From: a bacterium
GTDB lineage: Bacteria > Patescibacteriota > Patescibacteriia > UBA10025
DNA length: 64,000 bases
Assembly (NCBI GenBank): GCA_021815445.1
Contig: JAKAGM010000001.1
Location: 659,710 to 723,709 of the forward strand
Direction of reading: 5' to 3'
The notes under the pieces were generated by a model that did no database searches, had not been told where the DNA came from, and was given only the letters and a program-made list of their open reading frames with translations. Position numbers and translations under genes: made by a program. Below, in pieces: positions 10,601-19,981 of this stretch. Positions within the stretch are counted from its first letter, which is position 1, and each line of letters begins with the position of its first letter.

Positions 10601-13600
10601 CTCGAGCTGGTAAAGACCAGGTCGGCACTCGATGAGGGGATACACGGCTGGCCGGAACAGTCGGAGGGACCGTTTGGACAGCGTTTCTTCAGATCGTTGG
10701 AGCATACGTTTACAGGCGTCAGCGATGCAATCAGCGTGCAGATGCCGTTGATGCAGTCTGAATCTTTCACGCAGGTTGCGCCGGTGTCTGAACACGCCTT
10801 GAGCCCTACGCATGCGCCCGTAATAGGATCGAGTTTGTTGCACGGCTGCCGTTCGAAGCACACTTGTTCCTGGCTTCCTGACGCGGCCTTCACCGTGGTC
10901 CCGGTCTTGCATTCCAGCCAGGTATTACATACCCTGTCGCGCTGGACTTTGACAAGCTGGTTAGAGTCGCAATCGGGGGCCGCCGGAGTCAGGGGATTGT
11001 TGTCGCAAGCTCCTGACGGGACACTCCCGTCATTTGTGCCCTTGGCATAGAATGTCGCCGGCGGAGAGTTTGTGTCGTAAAAAAGTCTGCATCCCTCTTG
11101 CTGGTTGACCACGCCGTTGCACGATTTCGTGTCTGTTGACTGGGCAAGATTGTAGTGCGCCGCACACGATGCTACGGGAACGCAGCTGCCGCCCGCGCAT
11201 TGGGGGTTGGCATTGCTCAGAACGCAGGGATGCCCGACACCGCATATGCCCTCGGGGTTAAGGATGTCGCATTCTTGCGCGTTGTGAGCCCCTCCGTTGC
11301 AGAACGCCGTCGTGTCGCAGAATGCTCCCGGCGAACCGGATGTTGCGCTGCACCGTCCGGCATTCGACTGGCCCGCCGGGATATTAACATCGCATCCTTT
11401 GGGATCGAGAGGATCGCGGTATTCTGTGCATCCGTTCTGCTCGGCGGGGCACGTCCCCACCATTCCGGGCCCCACAGATGAGACCGTGTTTTGCGGGCCG
11501 CAGCCTATGGTCGTGCCGGTAACAAACCAACCAGCCGTTTTGGTGCCCGACGGCGCCACATACTGGCATGTCCTGCCTCCGGGGTCCTTGAAATAGCTCA
11601 ACCCCGTATCGGTCTTGAATTCCTGACATCCGCTCTCTTCCTGGTGGCACAGCGAGGTCGCATATTGGTCGGGATCATTGATCAGATACGTTGTCTGGTA
11701 TCCGCTTACGACATTATCAGCGTTGATTGTCGGCTTGCCCATTTTGGTACAGCCCGCTTGCGCTGCCTGGCATTGCACCGCCGGGTCATTGACCACGGCA
11801 ACGAGCGTATCGCCGGGAATACTGATCGACTGCGGGAAAGGAACCGGCGTGAATGTATGAGATACTACATCATCATGAAGCAGCGTTACATCATTTCCGT
11901 CCACCGTTCCGTCGCCATTCATGTCCATAATAGCCCACGGGTCAGGCCTGTTGATGCCGGGATGGCATGTCTGTCCCGTGCCGCAGACCGCCGTGGGATC
12001 ATCAGGATTGCACGAAGTGGCCGTGTTTGCCAACGGCCCCGTCGTACACCTCCCGTCATAGTAGCTCTCAATGAGCTTAAGGTCTGTCTGGTCGACCACA
12101 AGATCGTTGTTATAGTCTCCGCGCGGCCGTTTCGTGACCTGGACGCTTTGGTCGAAAGGATAATCACCGTTATTCGTCTGGATCATCGCCTCACAGCCGA
12201 CAGCGTCGGATTTGCAGATCTTGGAGAATGATTTGAGATAGGAAACCTGGCCTTCGCGATCACGGTAGGCGCTGCAGTTCTCATATCCGGAACACTGCGT
12301 CGTCGTGCCCTGGACGCGGAAAATATCATCAGTGACTTCCTGCAGCTGGATGTTATCGAGGAAAAACGAATTGTTGCCGCCGATGAAGAGTATACTGCCC
12401 GCGGGGATGTCCTGGTTGACAAAGAGCGGCCCGAGAGAATACTGGTTCCAGTTTCCTTGGCGCGCTATGGCCGTCCCTGAGAATTTCGAGTTAGGAATCA
12501 TGACTCCTGTGCCGTCATACAGCGCGCTCTCAATGCTTGTGTCATTTGCGCCTCCGGCGGCCCAGAAGGTCAGGATGTACGAGTGGTCGCGTTGGATAAG
12601 GGTATCAATGACTGTCGAAGCGCCTGTCGGCAAAGGGAAGACTACCATCGAGTGGCCGCCTGCCTGGGCGGCATTCGTGCTTGGGTTGAGGGCCGGATCC
12701 GCATTGGATGACCATGGCGCGATAGTCCCTCCCTCAAAATCAGATGAAATAATCGTACGGACATTATTCCCCGCCGAGCCCTTGTATTCCCGACAGCCTG
12801 CGAATGCTGCGGAGCATGTCAGGCCTTCCCCGGGTACCATATGGTACGTTACGTTATTACCTGCCGCCGTATCTATAGAATTCTTAAACGGATGGCAGTC
12901 ATCGGAGACAAAGATGAGTTTCGAGCGAAGACGGTAGGTTACCAGCCCCGAAGCATCGTAAAATTCCGTGCAATCAGGGTTCTTTTGGAGATCGTTAACG
13001 GTGCAAACCGCCGCAAGATGATTTTCAACGATACCGTCGCCGTTCTCATCGAACGGGACGCCGTCGACGCAGTTGGGATACCTGTTGGTCGATGAAGGGG
13101 TATCGGGTCCGAGATTCGTACATGGGGCGTAGTTCCCTCCCGCTTCCGCTGTCTCGCTTCTTAGCAGTCTGAACTCTTTGAGCTGGTATCCTGACTCCTC
13201 GTTCCCCACCCATGAATAGTAGCTTTGCGCGTTTGATCCCGCGTCAGCGGGCTTCACGCACTGCCTGATGAAGCTGTAGTACTCCAGTCCCTCGCCGCCC
13301 CGTGCGACTTGGTCAAGATTCGTGTATTCCTCGCAGCCCACCTGGGTCGCCGGGCAGGACTTGCCGGTTGTAGAAACAAATGATACCGGCTCCTTTGCCG
13401 GACGTATCGGGGTATGGTCTATCGGCATCTCGCGGTACGCCTTGCATCCCACAAATGCCGCCGGGCACTGGTCGCATGAGCCCGGATCATTAGGATCGCA
13501 TGATGCTGAGTCGGTAATCTTGCCCGTCACCGGGATGCTCCCGTCAAGCGGAGTGTATAAATTACAGCCGACATCATCCATCGAACAGCTCTTTCTGGCG

Positions 13601-16233
13601 CCGTTAAGATACGTCTTGTTAACCGTCGCATAATCCCCGTATGCAGAGGTCGCTCCGCCTTCCTCGAGCTGGACATCGTCAATAACAATCGTACACCCGT
13701 CGATTGCGTTAATGACGCCGTTGACTCCCGTTCCTTTGAGTCCCCGTGTAAATGTCGCCGTACGGCTGTATCGTTGCCATGCATCCTGCTTATAGGTTAC
13801 CGTCGAGGACGTTAAGCCGTTCTTATCGACAGCCCAGTCTTCATAGGGATTAAAGTTTTCAATATGATTGCCCCCGTCCGCTGACGTCCGGCCATCCGCG
13901 CATTGAGAGAGTTTTGCGTAGTAGGAGAAGGTGAAAGTTCTGCCCCCTACCGGCTGCAGCGAATCAAAAGGAGCGGGCGCATACCATGATGGACCGGGAC
14001 CGCCGATGAGTTTCATGGCGTATGAACCGCTATAGGCGTTCTTGGTCACATCGAGAGACTGGGCGGAATTGCCTATGTCATAACCGTCTAGCGCAGGTCC
14101 GCGATCATCGACCCCGTCGTCAATTTTACTGTCAGTGATAATGGATTTGTCGAAGAATTCAAAGCTCGAATTGCGGGCAAGGTTAGTCCCCAATCCCGGT
14201 TTGGTGCGGATAAACTCAGAGCATCCCGCGGCAGCGACGTCGCACGCCGGTGCATCCCTGTCGAATGCGATCCTATTTTGTTGTCCGGTTGAGCTGAGCC
14301 CGAAGTCGCACGCCCAGTTTCCTTTGCTGTCCTGTTCTTGACAGTACCACTGGCATCCGGCGTTATTTGCGTTACAGCCGTTTTTTTCCGTCGTATTCTG
14401 GAGATACGAGACCGACTGGCCTTTGGGGTTGGTAAACGTCTTGCAGCTTGCGTATTGCGCGTCGCAGGCCTGGCCTTTGAATTGCCAGACGTCCCGCTCC
14501 TCGGTGCAGTAGCCGTAGCGCTGGCACGAGCCGTCAGGGTTCTCAATGATGCAGGTCTGCTGGTCGACACAGCCCGTCTGCCGCGTTACCTGCTCTTCGC
14601 GGGGGGTAACGTCGGCTTTGTCGACTGTTCCTTGGGTTGCGAGCTGTTCATCGCCATTCTGATCCACCCAGTTTTGCGTGAGAGTTTGCTCGGTTGCCCC
14701 TTCGCGCTTGCAAAAGACTTCGGGAGCTTTGAGAGTCCAATTCGGATCGACGAGTCCGCAGAAAGGCGAATACGAAATTGTCTCGGAGCACGTGCCATCA
14801 GGCGCGCCGTCGCCATTGGTGTCAGGGCATACAAGGTCGCTCGAGCAGGTCTTTGTCTTGTCATTTGAACACACCTTTTGGCCGCAGTTGTTGAATTTGT
14901 CGGCGACTTCTTTGAGGGAGAAACTGCTCTTGGAAAAATTCTTGATATATTCCGCGGCGAGTTCCCACCCGACAGGAATGATTCTGTAGGTCCTCAAGAT
15001 GACAAGGGAACGGTACGGGTAGCCATTGATGTACTCAGGCTCCTGCCCGTCGGCGTTGTAGCCAAAAGCCTTATTGCCGTCCAGAAGTCCGGCGTCCATC
15101 GCCTCCCGCAAGGTGAGCTTCTGCTGGATCGCCTGCGCGAAGCGGTTATCAATGATGCAGTTGCTGTAGCCCGGGTTTGACGGACAGCTCGCGAGGTCGC
15201 TGACCACGTCCACAGTACCTCCGGTAAGATAATCCGGCTGGGCCAAGGTCGAAAAAATACTTTTTGCAGTTGCGATACCGCCGCCCTGGGTGTTGAAAAG
15301 CTGGGAAAAGAATCCCGCGTTTGTCCCGGGATTAAACCCTTGGCTTGATGAAAAAATTCTCTGTAGAAGCTTCGAGACTAGCGTATTTGAAAATACCCCG
15401 AAAGCGTCAGCAAGAGGGGTGCCAGTCTGCTTAGTTACCGCCTCGAAAGACTGCTGTAGCGGGAGCGTAGCGGCATACTCAATGAAACTTGCTGGCGTTT
15501 TAACCTCTCCTGTTATGGGAGACACCACTGATTTGAATCCTGTGATACCAGTAAAGAGCGCGCTGTCCCTCTGCTTTTGCTTGGCCTCCTCCTGGTTCTT
15601 AATAAGATCGTTTTTTATCTGGAGAAAACCACCAAATTCGTTCTGCTCAGGATTAAAATTGTATGAAAAGTCAATGAGTACTTGATTGGTATTTTTCTGG
15701 TAGCTTTTATCCAGGTTGTTCCCGATCTTTGTTACAGTACACTTCCCGCCGAGCTGGGTCGGCTCTCGCAACTTCTGCGCGAAAATTCCCAGCTGCACTT
15801 TGGTCTGGAGATCAATCGGTTCGCAAAGATTTTTGCCAAAATAGCTTGTCGAGAGTGTATTGAGGAAATCCCCTCCCGCGGCGTCACCGATATCCTGGAT
15901 CACCTGCAGCGGTTTCGTATAAAAGAGAGGCTTCTGCCCTGTCCCTCCCGAGGCAATGTATATCGCCGTATCGTATGCCACTCTATTAAGGAAGTTACGG
16001 AGTGCGTTCTTATACGCAAGGTCTGCAGCCGTTTTTAAAGCTTTTGTGATTGCGTTGTCTCTCTTCAGAGCAAGATTCTCAAGTATTATTACCATCGAGG
16101 GACTTACCCCAATCTGCGCTTGCGCTCGATCAGTAAATATTCCAGTCGTCACGCCGATGACACTGATGAAAATTGCAGCGATGATCAATCTCTGGAAATG
16201 CTTTTTTGTACGTCCTGAGAATCGAGAGCTCAT
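7636..16233 (-). CDS. Giant (2865 aa) Cys-rich exported protein with CBM-like domains, a dockerin-like EF-hand pair and a C-terminal PKD-like domain
   Basis: N-terminal signal/TM segment; many CxxDxxC-type repeats; NSSFE...IDDVQLEE, SDFEGG...LDNIQLQE and DGDF...LDDVSLKP jelly-roll signatures; GDYNNDLVVDQTD and DMNGDGTVDGND; IDWDG...YTPRVEIID. Confidence 0.85.
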   Translation of the reverse strand: MSSRFSGRTKKHFQRLIIAAIFISVIGVTTGIFTDRAQAQIGVSPSMVIILENLALKRDNAITKALKTAADLAYKNALRNFLNRVAYDTAIYIASGGTGQKPLFYTKPLQVIQDIGDAAGGDFLNTLSTSYFGKNLCEPIDLQTKVQLGIFAQKLREPTQLGGKCTVTKIGNNLDKSYQKNTNQVLIDFSYNFNPEQNEFGGFLQIKNDLIKNQEEAKQKQRDSALFTGITGFKSVVSPITGEVKTPASFIEYAATLPLQQSFEAVTKQTGTPLADAFGVFSNTLVSKLLQRIFSSSQGFNPGTNAGFFSQLFNTQGGGIATAKSIFSTLAQPDYLTGGTVDVVSDLASCPSNPGYSNCIIDNRFAQAIQQKLTLREAMDAGLLDGNKAFGYNADGQEPEYINGYPYRSLVILRTYRIIPVGWELAAEYIKNFSKSSFSLKEVADKFNNCGQKVCSNDKTKTCSSDLVCPDTNGDGAPDGTCSETISYSPFCGLVDPNWTLKAPEVFCKREGATEQTLTQNWVDQNGDEQLATQGTVDKADVTPREEQVTRQTGCVDQQTCIIENPDGSCQRYGYCTEERDVWQFKGQACDAQYASCKTFTNPKGQSVSYLQNTTEKNGCNANNAGCQWYCQEQDSKGNWACDFGLSSTGQQNRIAFDRDAPACDVAAAGCSEFIRTKPGLGTNLARNSSFEFFDKSIITDSKIDDGVDDRGPALDGYDIGNSAQSLDVTKNAYSGSYAMKLIGGPGPSWYAPAPFDSLQPVGGRTFTFSYYAKLSQCADGRTSADGGNHIENFNPYEDWAVDKNGLTSSTVTYKQDAWQRYSRTATFTRGLKGTGVNGVINAIDGCTIVIDDVQLEEGGATSAYGDYATVNKTYLNGARKSCSMDDVGCNLYTPLDGSIPVTGKITDSASCDPNDPGSCDQCPAAFVGCKAYREMPIDHTPIRPAKEPVSFVSTTGKSCPATQVGCEEYTNLDQVARGGEGLEYYSFIRQCVKPADAGSNAQSYYSWVGNEESGYQLKEFRLLRSETAEAGGNYAPCTNLGPDTPSSTNRYPNCVDGVPFDENGDGIVENHLAAVCTVNDLQKNPDCTEFYDASGLVTYRLRSKLIFVSDDCHPFKNSIDTAAGNNVTYHMVPGEGLTCSAAFAGCREYKGSAGNNVRTIISSDFEGGTIAPWSSNADPALNPSTNAAQAGGHSMVVFPLPTGASTVIDTLIQRDHSYILTFWAAGGANDTSIESALYDGTGVMIPNSKFSGTAIARQGNWNQYSLGPLFVNQDIPAGSILFIGGNNSFFLDNIQLQEVTDDIFRVQGTTTQCSGYENCSAYRDREGQVSYLKSFSKICKSDAVGCEAMIQTNNGDYPFDQSVQVTKRPRGDYNNDLVVDQTDLKLIESYYDGRCTTGPLANTATSCNPDDPTAVCGTGQTCHPGINRPDPWAIMDMNGDGTVDGNDVTLLHDDVVSHTFTPVPFPQSISIPGDTLVAVVNDPAVQCQAAQAGCTKMGKPTINADNVVSGYQTTYLINDPDQYATSLCHQEESGCQEFKTDTGLSYFKDPGGRTCQYVAPSGTKTAGWFVTGTTIGCGPQNTVSSVGPGMVGTCPAEQNGCTEYRDPLDPKGCDVNIPAGQSNAGRCSATSGSPGAFCDTTAFCNGGAHNAQECDILNPEGICGVGHPCVLSNANPQCAGGSCVPVASCAAHYNLAQSTDTKSCNGVVNQQEGCRLFYDTNSPPATFYAKGTNDGSVPSGACDNNPLTPAAPDCDSNQLVKVQRDRVCNTWLECKTGTTVKAASGSQEQVCFERQPCNKLDPITGACVGLKACSDTGATCVKDSDCINGICTLIASLTPVNVCSNDLKKRCPNGPSDCSGQPCIPSSSADLVFTSSSDQTNNISKMQNISGLAKAGVNWGFLNVCTNDLSKQCSNDGECGGGKCGIDRLIGGDYPYAVMHELGTFGSTTKDLIKDGDFWDSNYMMSQEIKPNDSTTQWKGGETYRGWTAIGADTKVALTERSDDGSIPGNPLLNENNVLAVHPGSGMWDGVSYNLGNKIQNKAEYSISMKQEYEQGNATQRDVIQVEFEYLDVTGNRIGIDSFGWLTGSTSWQEYVVGNVTTNIPVGTVKTLLKIIQGPSHCTADPTNINLCSTDSSPVNNGPSVILCLARPPVGSTCAGSERTFYLDDVSLKPVLGVQSGSNTGPFSTPDKLTRTCRMYPRDDSKLCEYTDFDGVQYRGWKGYCIEKDPKNPDICINWWPIDIISGESSIFGQEQQAGYQERTPLYFCELARGNSQIPLPSSTLPATPGYVLNTRINAVAPCYDGDPCVYAKLTNDCSGTSYTIMNVAPTDVPFQGANLILSGDDYASNCMTDSTNASKFICDTPGSTAITDPRIIPANAAEKAINRTDIEAIKVTLNSKVREWNNESFYIKPDSFYQNNPKIWHGGTTEEGFDFNYTPQCSAEHAPMGFGMRVRFDDNGFVLGYDVRAGLPKSGPSAITIVINYQLREPCDQIVKVAGDEVVSWANRVSNGSGYQTQLNNNYGYNADLAPFGAIPPLVGTPADWFGKEHNTPLYVQVPYADKTKRSSQTRAGLPYACDGKTPVGPVFTQSICGQAICMGGDFNGSDCKTLEAQRNCENKGGYCSGILPPVTVTESLNPVHDAEYTLRRLFAIAYEGWVWDNTKGQYVRDDFTTDVTSWQTQFDNMSICPNNQRPAPPSDYCAVQPAVTNFILTVNGKDYSNASAPAGGWTIPGVTIGSTIKMSFTENVDKEQMPLDTILIDWDGKDGSVPSDNQGSMAWGFAPRSDPKNPNTFFYTVTKTGDYTPRVEIIDHWGAGSNVCISVGGSCTFVGQRPGTRQASSSGKPDDSVGWYGFNGVIKVTD

Positions 16234-16257
16234 GTACGTTTCATGAGATAATAATAT

Positions 16258-17136
16258 TTACTGACTTGCCTGCTGAAGCGCCTGCTGGAAGACGAGTTTC
16301 AGCGTCGCATCGTCCATGCCATTGAGCGTAGTTTGATCGACGCCCGACTGAACGAGGAAGGTTCGAATTTCACTCGGAGAAAGGTTGCTCAGACTTGCGT
16401 AAAAGTTTGCTTCAGCGGAATTGGTGCCTGCATTTGTTGAAGCGGTATTTGTGAAAGAAGTGTTTGCAAAAAGGGAGGAATTTGCCGCCAGGTTGGAAGC
16501 GGAAGTATTCGTCGCCGCATTTGCATTCGTCGTATTGCTTTCTGCGACAGTCTGGCTATACAGATTGAGAAGATCGGCGTCAGTGAGATTATCTATGACA
16601 GTTTGGGGCGCACCTGCGTCTTTTAAGGCCTTTCTCAGCGTATCGAGCGGGACAGTATCCGTCACAGCCGTCTGGTTTACGTTCCCGGAGTTTGTCTGGG
16701 CATTGCTATTGGCCGTATTCACGGGCTGACGGCAGGTCTTGCCTTCCGGACAGTTCGGATCAGTGCCCCTGGCAATTTCGTCCTTGTCAGATATCCCGTC
16801 GCTGTCCGAATCGGCGAGATACGGGCTGGTATGGTAGACATATAGCTCGTCATAATCGCTTAAACCGTCGCCATCGGTATCTTTGGTTTTTAAGCTTTCA
16901 AGCGATGCGGTGTTAGTCTCAGCTACCTGCGTGTTTGTTTGATTCGCAACTGGAGGCAGAAAAGGAGACTTTAAGCCTTGAAAGAATGCCACCACGCCAA
17001 AAGCGAGCGCGGCGACGCCTATGCCAAGTATGGAGCCAAAGATGATTTTACGGCGCTTCAGCTCTTCCGGCGTCCCGTCGGGTTGTCCTGGCAATTGATC
17101 GCCGGGACCCTCAAATTTGTTGTCATCTGACTCCAC
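16258..17136 (-). CDS. Membrane-anchored protein with thrombospondin-3-like Ca-binding repeats
   Basis: One TM helix; DTDGDGLSDYDE and DSDSDGISDKDE; Asn/Thr-rich linkers. Confidence 0.8.
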   Translation of the reverse strand: MESDDNKFEGPGDQLPGQPDGTPEELKRRKIIFGSILGIGVAALAFGVVAFFQGLKSPFLPPVANQTNTQVAETNTASLESLKTKDTDGDGLSDYDELYVYHTSPYLADSDSDGISDKDEIARGTDPNCPEGKTCRQPVNTANSNAQTNSGNVNQTAVTDTVPLDTLRKALKDAGAPQTVIDNLTDADLLNLYSQTVAESNTTNANAATNTSASNLAANSSLFANTSFTNTASTNAGTNSAEANFYASLSNLSPSEIRTFLVQSGVDQTTLNGMDDATLKLVFQQALQQASQ

Positions 17137-17300
17137 AGATTTCTGCTCAAAAAGTAACGTTTTTTCTCCGAGGTTAGAGTTGTTTTGATGCCAACATTAT
17201 ATCAGAGATAGGGTCAAAAGTCAAACGCGCCTACAGCCCTATTTTGGCAATAAACTGGAACTTAGGAACTCTTCCGGTATTTCGTTTTGGATACCCTGAA

Positions 17301-18146
17301 TTAACCGGTTTTCAAGCCGCTAATTTCGAGAACCAGCTCGGCCCACTGCTCAAGAGTGAGCTCCTGCGCGCGGGCAAGCCGCGGAATGCCCGCAGAACTC
17401 AGGGCGTGATGCGCATCATCGGATGAAAGGCGCAGTACAGCAGCGAGATTATTGACCAGCTTCTTTCTCCTTGCGCTAAAGCCCGCTTTAACCACGCGGA
17501 AAAAGTCTCTTTCGGCAATCTGAGGGAATTTCCACTGGGGGGCATCGAGGACAACAAGCGCTGATTCTACCGCCGGCTCAGGCCAGAAACTCGATTGAGC
17601 TATGGTGCGCACGAGGCGGGGATTCGCATAGGCCTGAGCCATAATGCTGAGAACGCTCGTATCCCCCGCGGACGCCGTCAACCGTTCGGCAACCTCTTTT
17701 TGCAAAAGGACTGTCATCTGGACCGGTTTCGGCGACAGCTCCAGGAATACACGAAGAACGTGTGAAGCGATATTGTACGGCAAGTTAGCTACAATTGCAT
17801 ACGGCTTTGAGGCGACTACTGCCGTGCTGGCGCGCAGCCACCTGAAAATGTCGTCATGGACTACATGGACATGCGGGTAAGCGGAAAATTTCCCCTGGAG
17901 AACCTGAGCGAGCTTGGCATCAAGCTCTATAGCGAATACTTCCCGGGATCCTTCTGCAAGTCTCTCGGTGAGCACGCCGAAGCCGGGGCCTATCTCAATG
18001 ACAGCGCACAAGGAAGGAAGCGCAGCAACACGCACGATATCATCTAAAACCGCCGCATCCACGAGAAAATGCTGGCCGAGCTCGCGCGCCGGCTTAATGC
18101 CGTAGATCCTGCATAGTTCCCGGGTCTTTTTTTTGAGATCGGTCAT
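17301..18146 (-). CDS. rsmA: 16S rRNA m6,2A dimethyltransferase RsmA/KsgA
   Basis: LGQHFL, EIGPGFG, VANLPYNI, RAQELT. Start moved to ATG 18146, overlapping the MFS stop (ATGA). Confidence 0.95.
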   Translation of the reverse strand: MTDLKKKTRELCRIYGIKPARELGQHFLVDAAVLDDIVRVAALPSLCAVIEIGPGFGVLTERLAEGSREVFAIELDAKLAQVLQGKFSAYPHVHVVHDDIFRWLRASTAVVASKPYAIVANLPYNIASHVLRVFLELSPKPVQMTVLLQKEVAERLTASAGDTSVLSIMAQAYANPRLVRTIAQSSFWPEPAVESALVVLDAPQWKFPQIAERDFFRVVKAGFSARRKKLVNNLAAVLRLSSDDAHHALSSAGIPRLARAQELTLEQWAELVLEISGLKTG

Positions 18147-19321
18147 GCGATACTTCGCCGGATTCCTCGCAAGTAAAGAAGTGAAAATAGCGCCGCAATA
18201 AGGAATATCGGCCCCCATGGATCGCGGAAAACTGCGATGAGGACAAGCGCGCCGGCAGCGCCGAGAATTTTGCCTATCGAGAGCGCCTGTTCAAAAAATA
18301 TCATTGAGCCGACCACCTTTGTCCTGTCAGCCTGTTCATAGAGATCTGTCATGAGCGGGACATAGAGCATATTTTTCGTCAGGCGTGACAGCGCATCAAC
18401 AAAAAAGACGAGCCCGCTCGTCACGACAATCAGCCTCAGGAGCCATGCGAGCACGTAACCCAGCGTACCGGTGCGCGAGACTGCCCCGCGCGAACTCGTG
18501 TCAGTCTTCTTGCCTATGACGAGTACTATGAGCATGGTAATCAGCGTTGCTCCGGCAATAAGTGAGCCGATAACGGCATAGTTGTGGATGACAACGTAGA
18601 TAAAAATGGGCCAAACGACAAGTACGAGCAGCTCTTCACCGAATCCAAGGTACCTCACAAGCTTAGATCGCTGGCTTTTTTCCTTAAGGTGAGACAATAT
18701 TCCGGTATATGTTTCCCGCTCAAGAGTATGTATTTCTTTGATATGCAATAGAGGAAGCGCGGAGAGAAAAAACAGGATGCCCGCAATCAAAAAAAGGAAG
18801 GGGAAGCCAAGCCATAATGCGACCACCCCGCCGATAAGCGGTCCGATAATGTACATGATGGAGCTAAGAGCCAGCAAACTTCCAACTTCGCGTCCCTGCT
18901 GTCCGGTATCGGAAAAAAGCAGAAAATCCACGTGATAAGCGGGCCAATATAGAAGTTTCTGCGCCACGAGCATAAGCGGAGCGATAAAGAGGAAAATAAT
19001 TGAAAATGCGGCGCCAAAAAGACATAGGAAATACCCTATAAGGAAGAACTGGCTGTAGAAAATTGAGTGTTCCACTCCGATCCGGGACAGGATACGGACT
19101 ACCAGCGGCAGAAAAAGAAAATACAACAGGTAAACAGCCAGGTAAAACACCATTACCAGGCTGAGCGAGTGGCGAAGCGTGTAGAGATAGACAGGCTCGA
19201 AAATGAGCACAGAGGCGAGCCCGAGATCCATGAAACCGACAGACCACGCGAGGGAGATAAACTTTCGCGAGACGTGCTTCGAAAAATAATGGGGCAAATG
19301 CAGTCTGATTCTCTCGAGCAT
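18143..19321 (-). CDS. MFS transporter
   Basis: 392 aa, about 12 hydrophobic segments, IIGPLIGG motif. Confidence 0.8.
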   Translation of the reverse strand: MLERIRLHLPHYFSKHVSRKFISLAWSVGFMDLGLASVLIFEPVYLYTLRHSLSLVMVFYLAVYLLYFLFLPLVVRILSRIGVEHSIFYSQFFLIGYFLCLFGAAFSIIFLFIAPLMLVAQKLLYWPAYHVDFLLFSDTGQQGREVGSLLALSSIMYIIGPLIGGVVALWLGFPFLFLIAGILFFLSALPLLHIKEIHTLERETYTGILSHLKEKSQRSKLVRYLGFGEELLVLVVWPIFIYVVIHNYAVIGSLIAGATLITMLIVLVIGKKTDTSSRGAVSRTGTLGYVLAWLLRLIVVTSGLVFFVDALSRLTKNMLYVPLMTDLYEQADRTKVVGSMIFFEQALSIGKILGAAGALVLIAVFRDPWGPIFLIAALFSLLYLRGIRRSIA

Positions 19322-19328
19322 GAATTTC

Positions 19329-19943
19329 TTAGATAGCTATCTTGACCGGCCCCTCCCTCATCACGATAGGTTTGCCTTTTGTCGAATCGACAACCGTTGA
19401 AACGGCAATTTCGGGGAGCGTCCCCGCGTCGATCAGGAGGTCGGGCCGGGGCTCAGTGTCGCGAAATTGTCTGAGAACGTCATCAATCGTATAATTATTT
19501 TTCATTCCCGAGAGGTTCGCACTCGTCGTGGTGATAGGGCGCCCAAGCGCCCTTACGAGAGCTAAGGCAACCGGAGAATTAGGAATTTTCACTCCGATAG
19601 TCGGTAAGCCCAGTGTAAGCGCGGACGAAATCTGCGGCTGTTTTTTAAAAATAATGGTCAAGGGAGCGGGCCAATATTTTTTGCCCAGCTTGAGACCGAG
19701 AGGGTTGGTCACGGCAACCTGTTTAAGCATAGTAAAATTGGCGACGATTACAGGCAAGGGCTTCTGGATGCGCTTTTTGATTATAAAAATCCTCCCGACC
19801 GCATCTTCATTCAGGGCGTCTGCGCCGAGTCCATAGGCTGTATCGGTTGGATATACGACAATTCCCCCTTGTTTCAAGACGTTCACCGCTTTTTCAATGA
19901 CGTCATGGGGAATCTTTGAACTTTGAATTTTTACAATATCCAT
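19329..19943 (-). CDS. tsaC: L-threonylcarbamoyladenylate synthase (TsaC/Sua5 family)
   Basis: YPTDTAYGLG, KKR...PL, TTSANLSG, STVVD. Start taken at MDIVKIQ. Confidence 0.92.
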   Translation of the reverse strand: MDIVKIQSSKIPHDVIEKAVNVLKQGGIVVYPTDTAYGLGADALNEDAVGRIFIIKKRIQKPLPVIVANFTMLKQVAVTNPLGLKLGKKYWPAPLTIIFKKQPQISSALTLGLPTIGVKIPNSPVALALVRALGRPITTTSANLSGMKNNYTIDDVLRQFRDTEPRPDLLIDAGTLPEIAVSTVVDSTKGKPIVMREGPVKIAI

Positions 19944-19981
19944 ATCGTATACATATATTCTAGCATAAAAAAGGGGGCGGC

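Noticed and set aside
4011-16246. Many long plus-strand ORFs opposite the large genes (also 60152-61069 and 52147-52914 on the minus strand)
   Set aside because: Antisense shadows of well-supported genes, with no motifs of their own.
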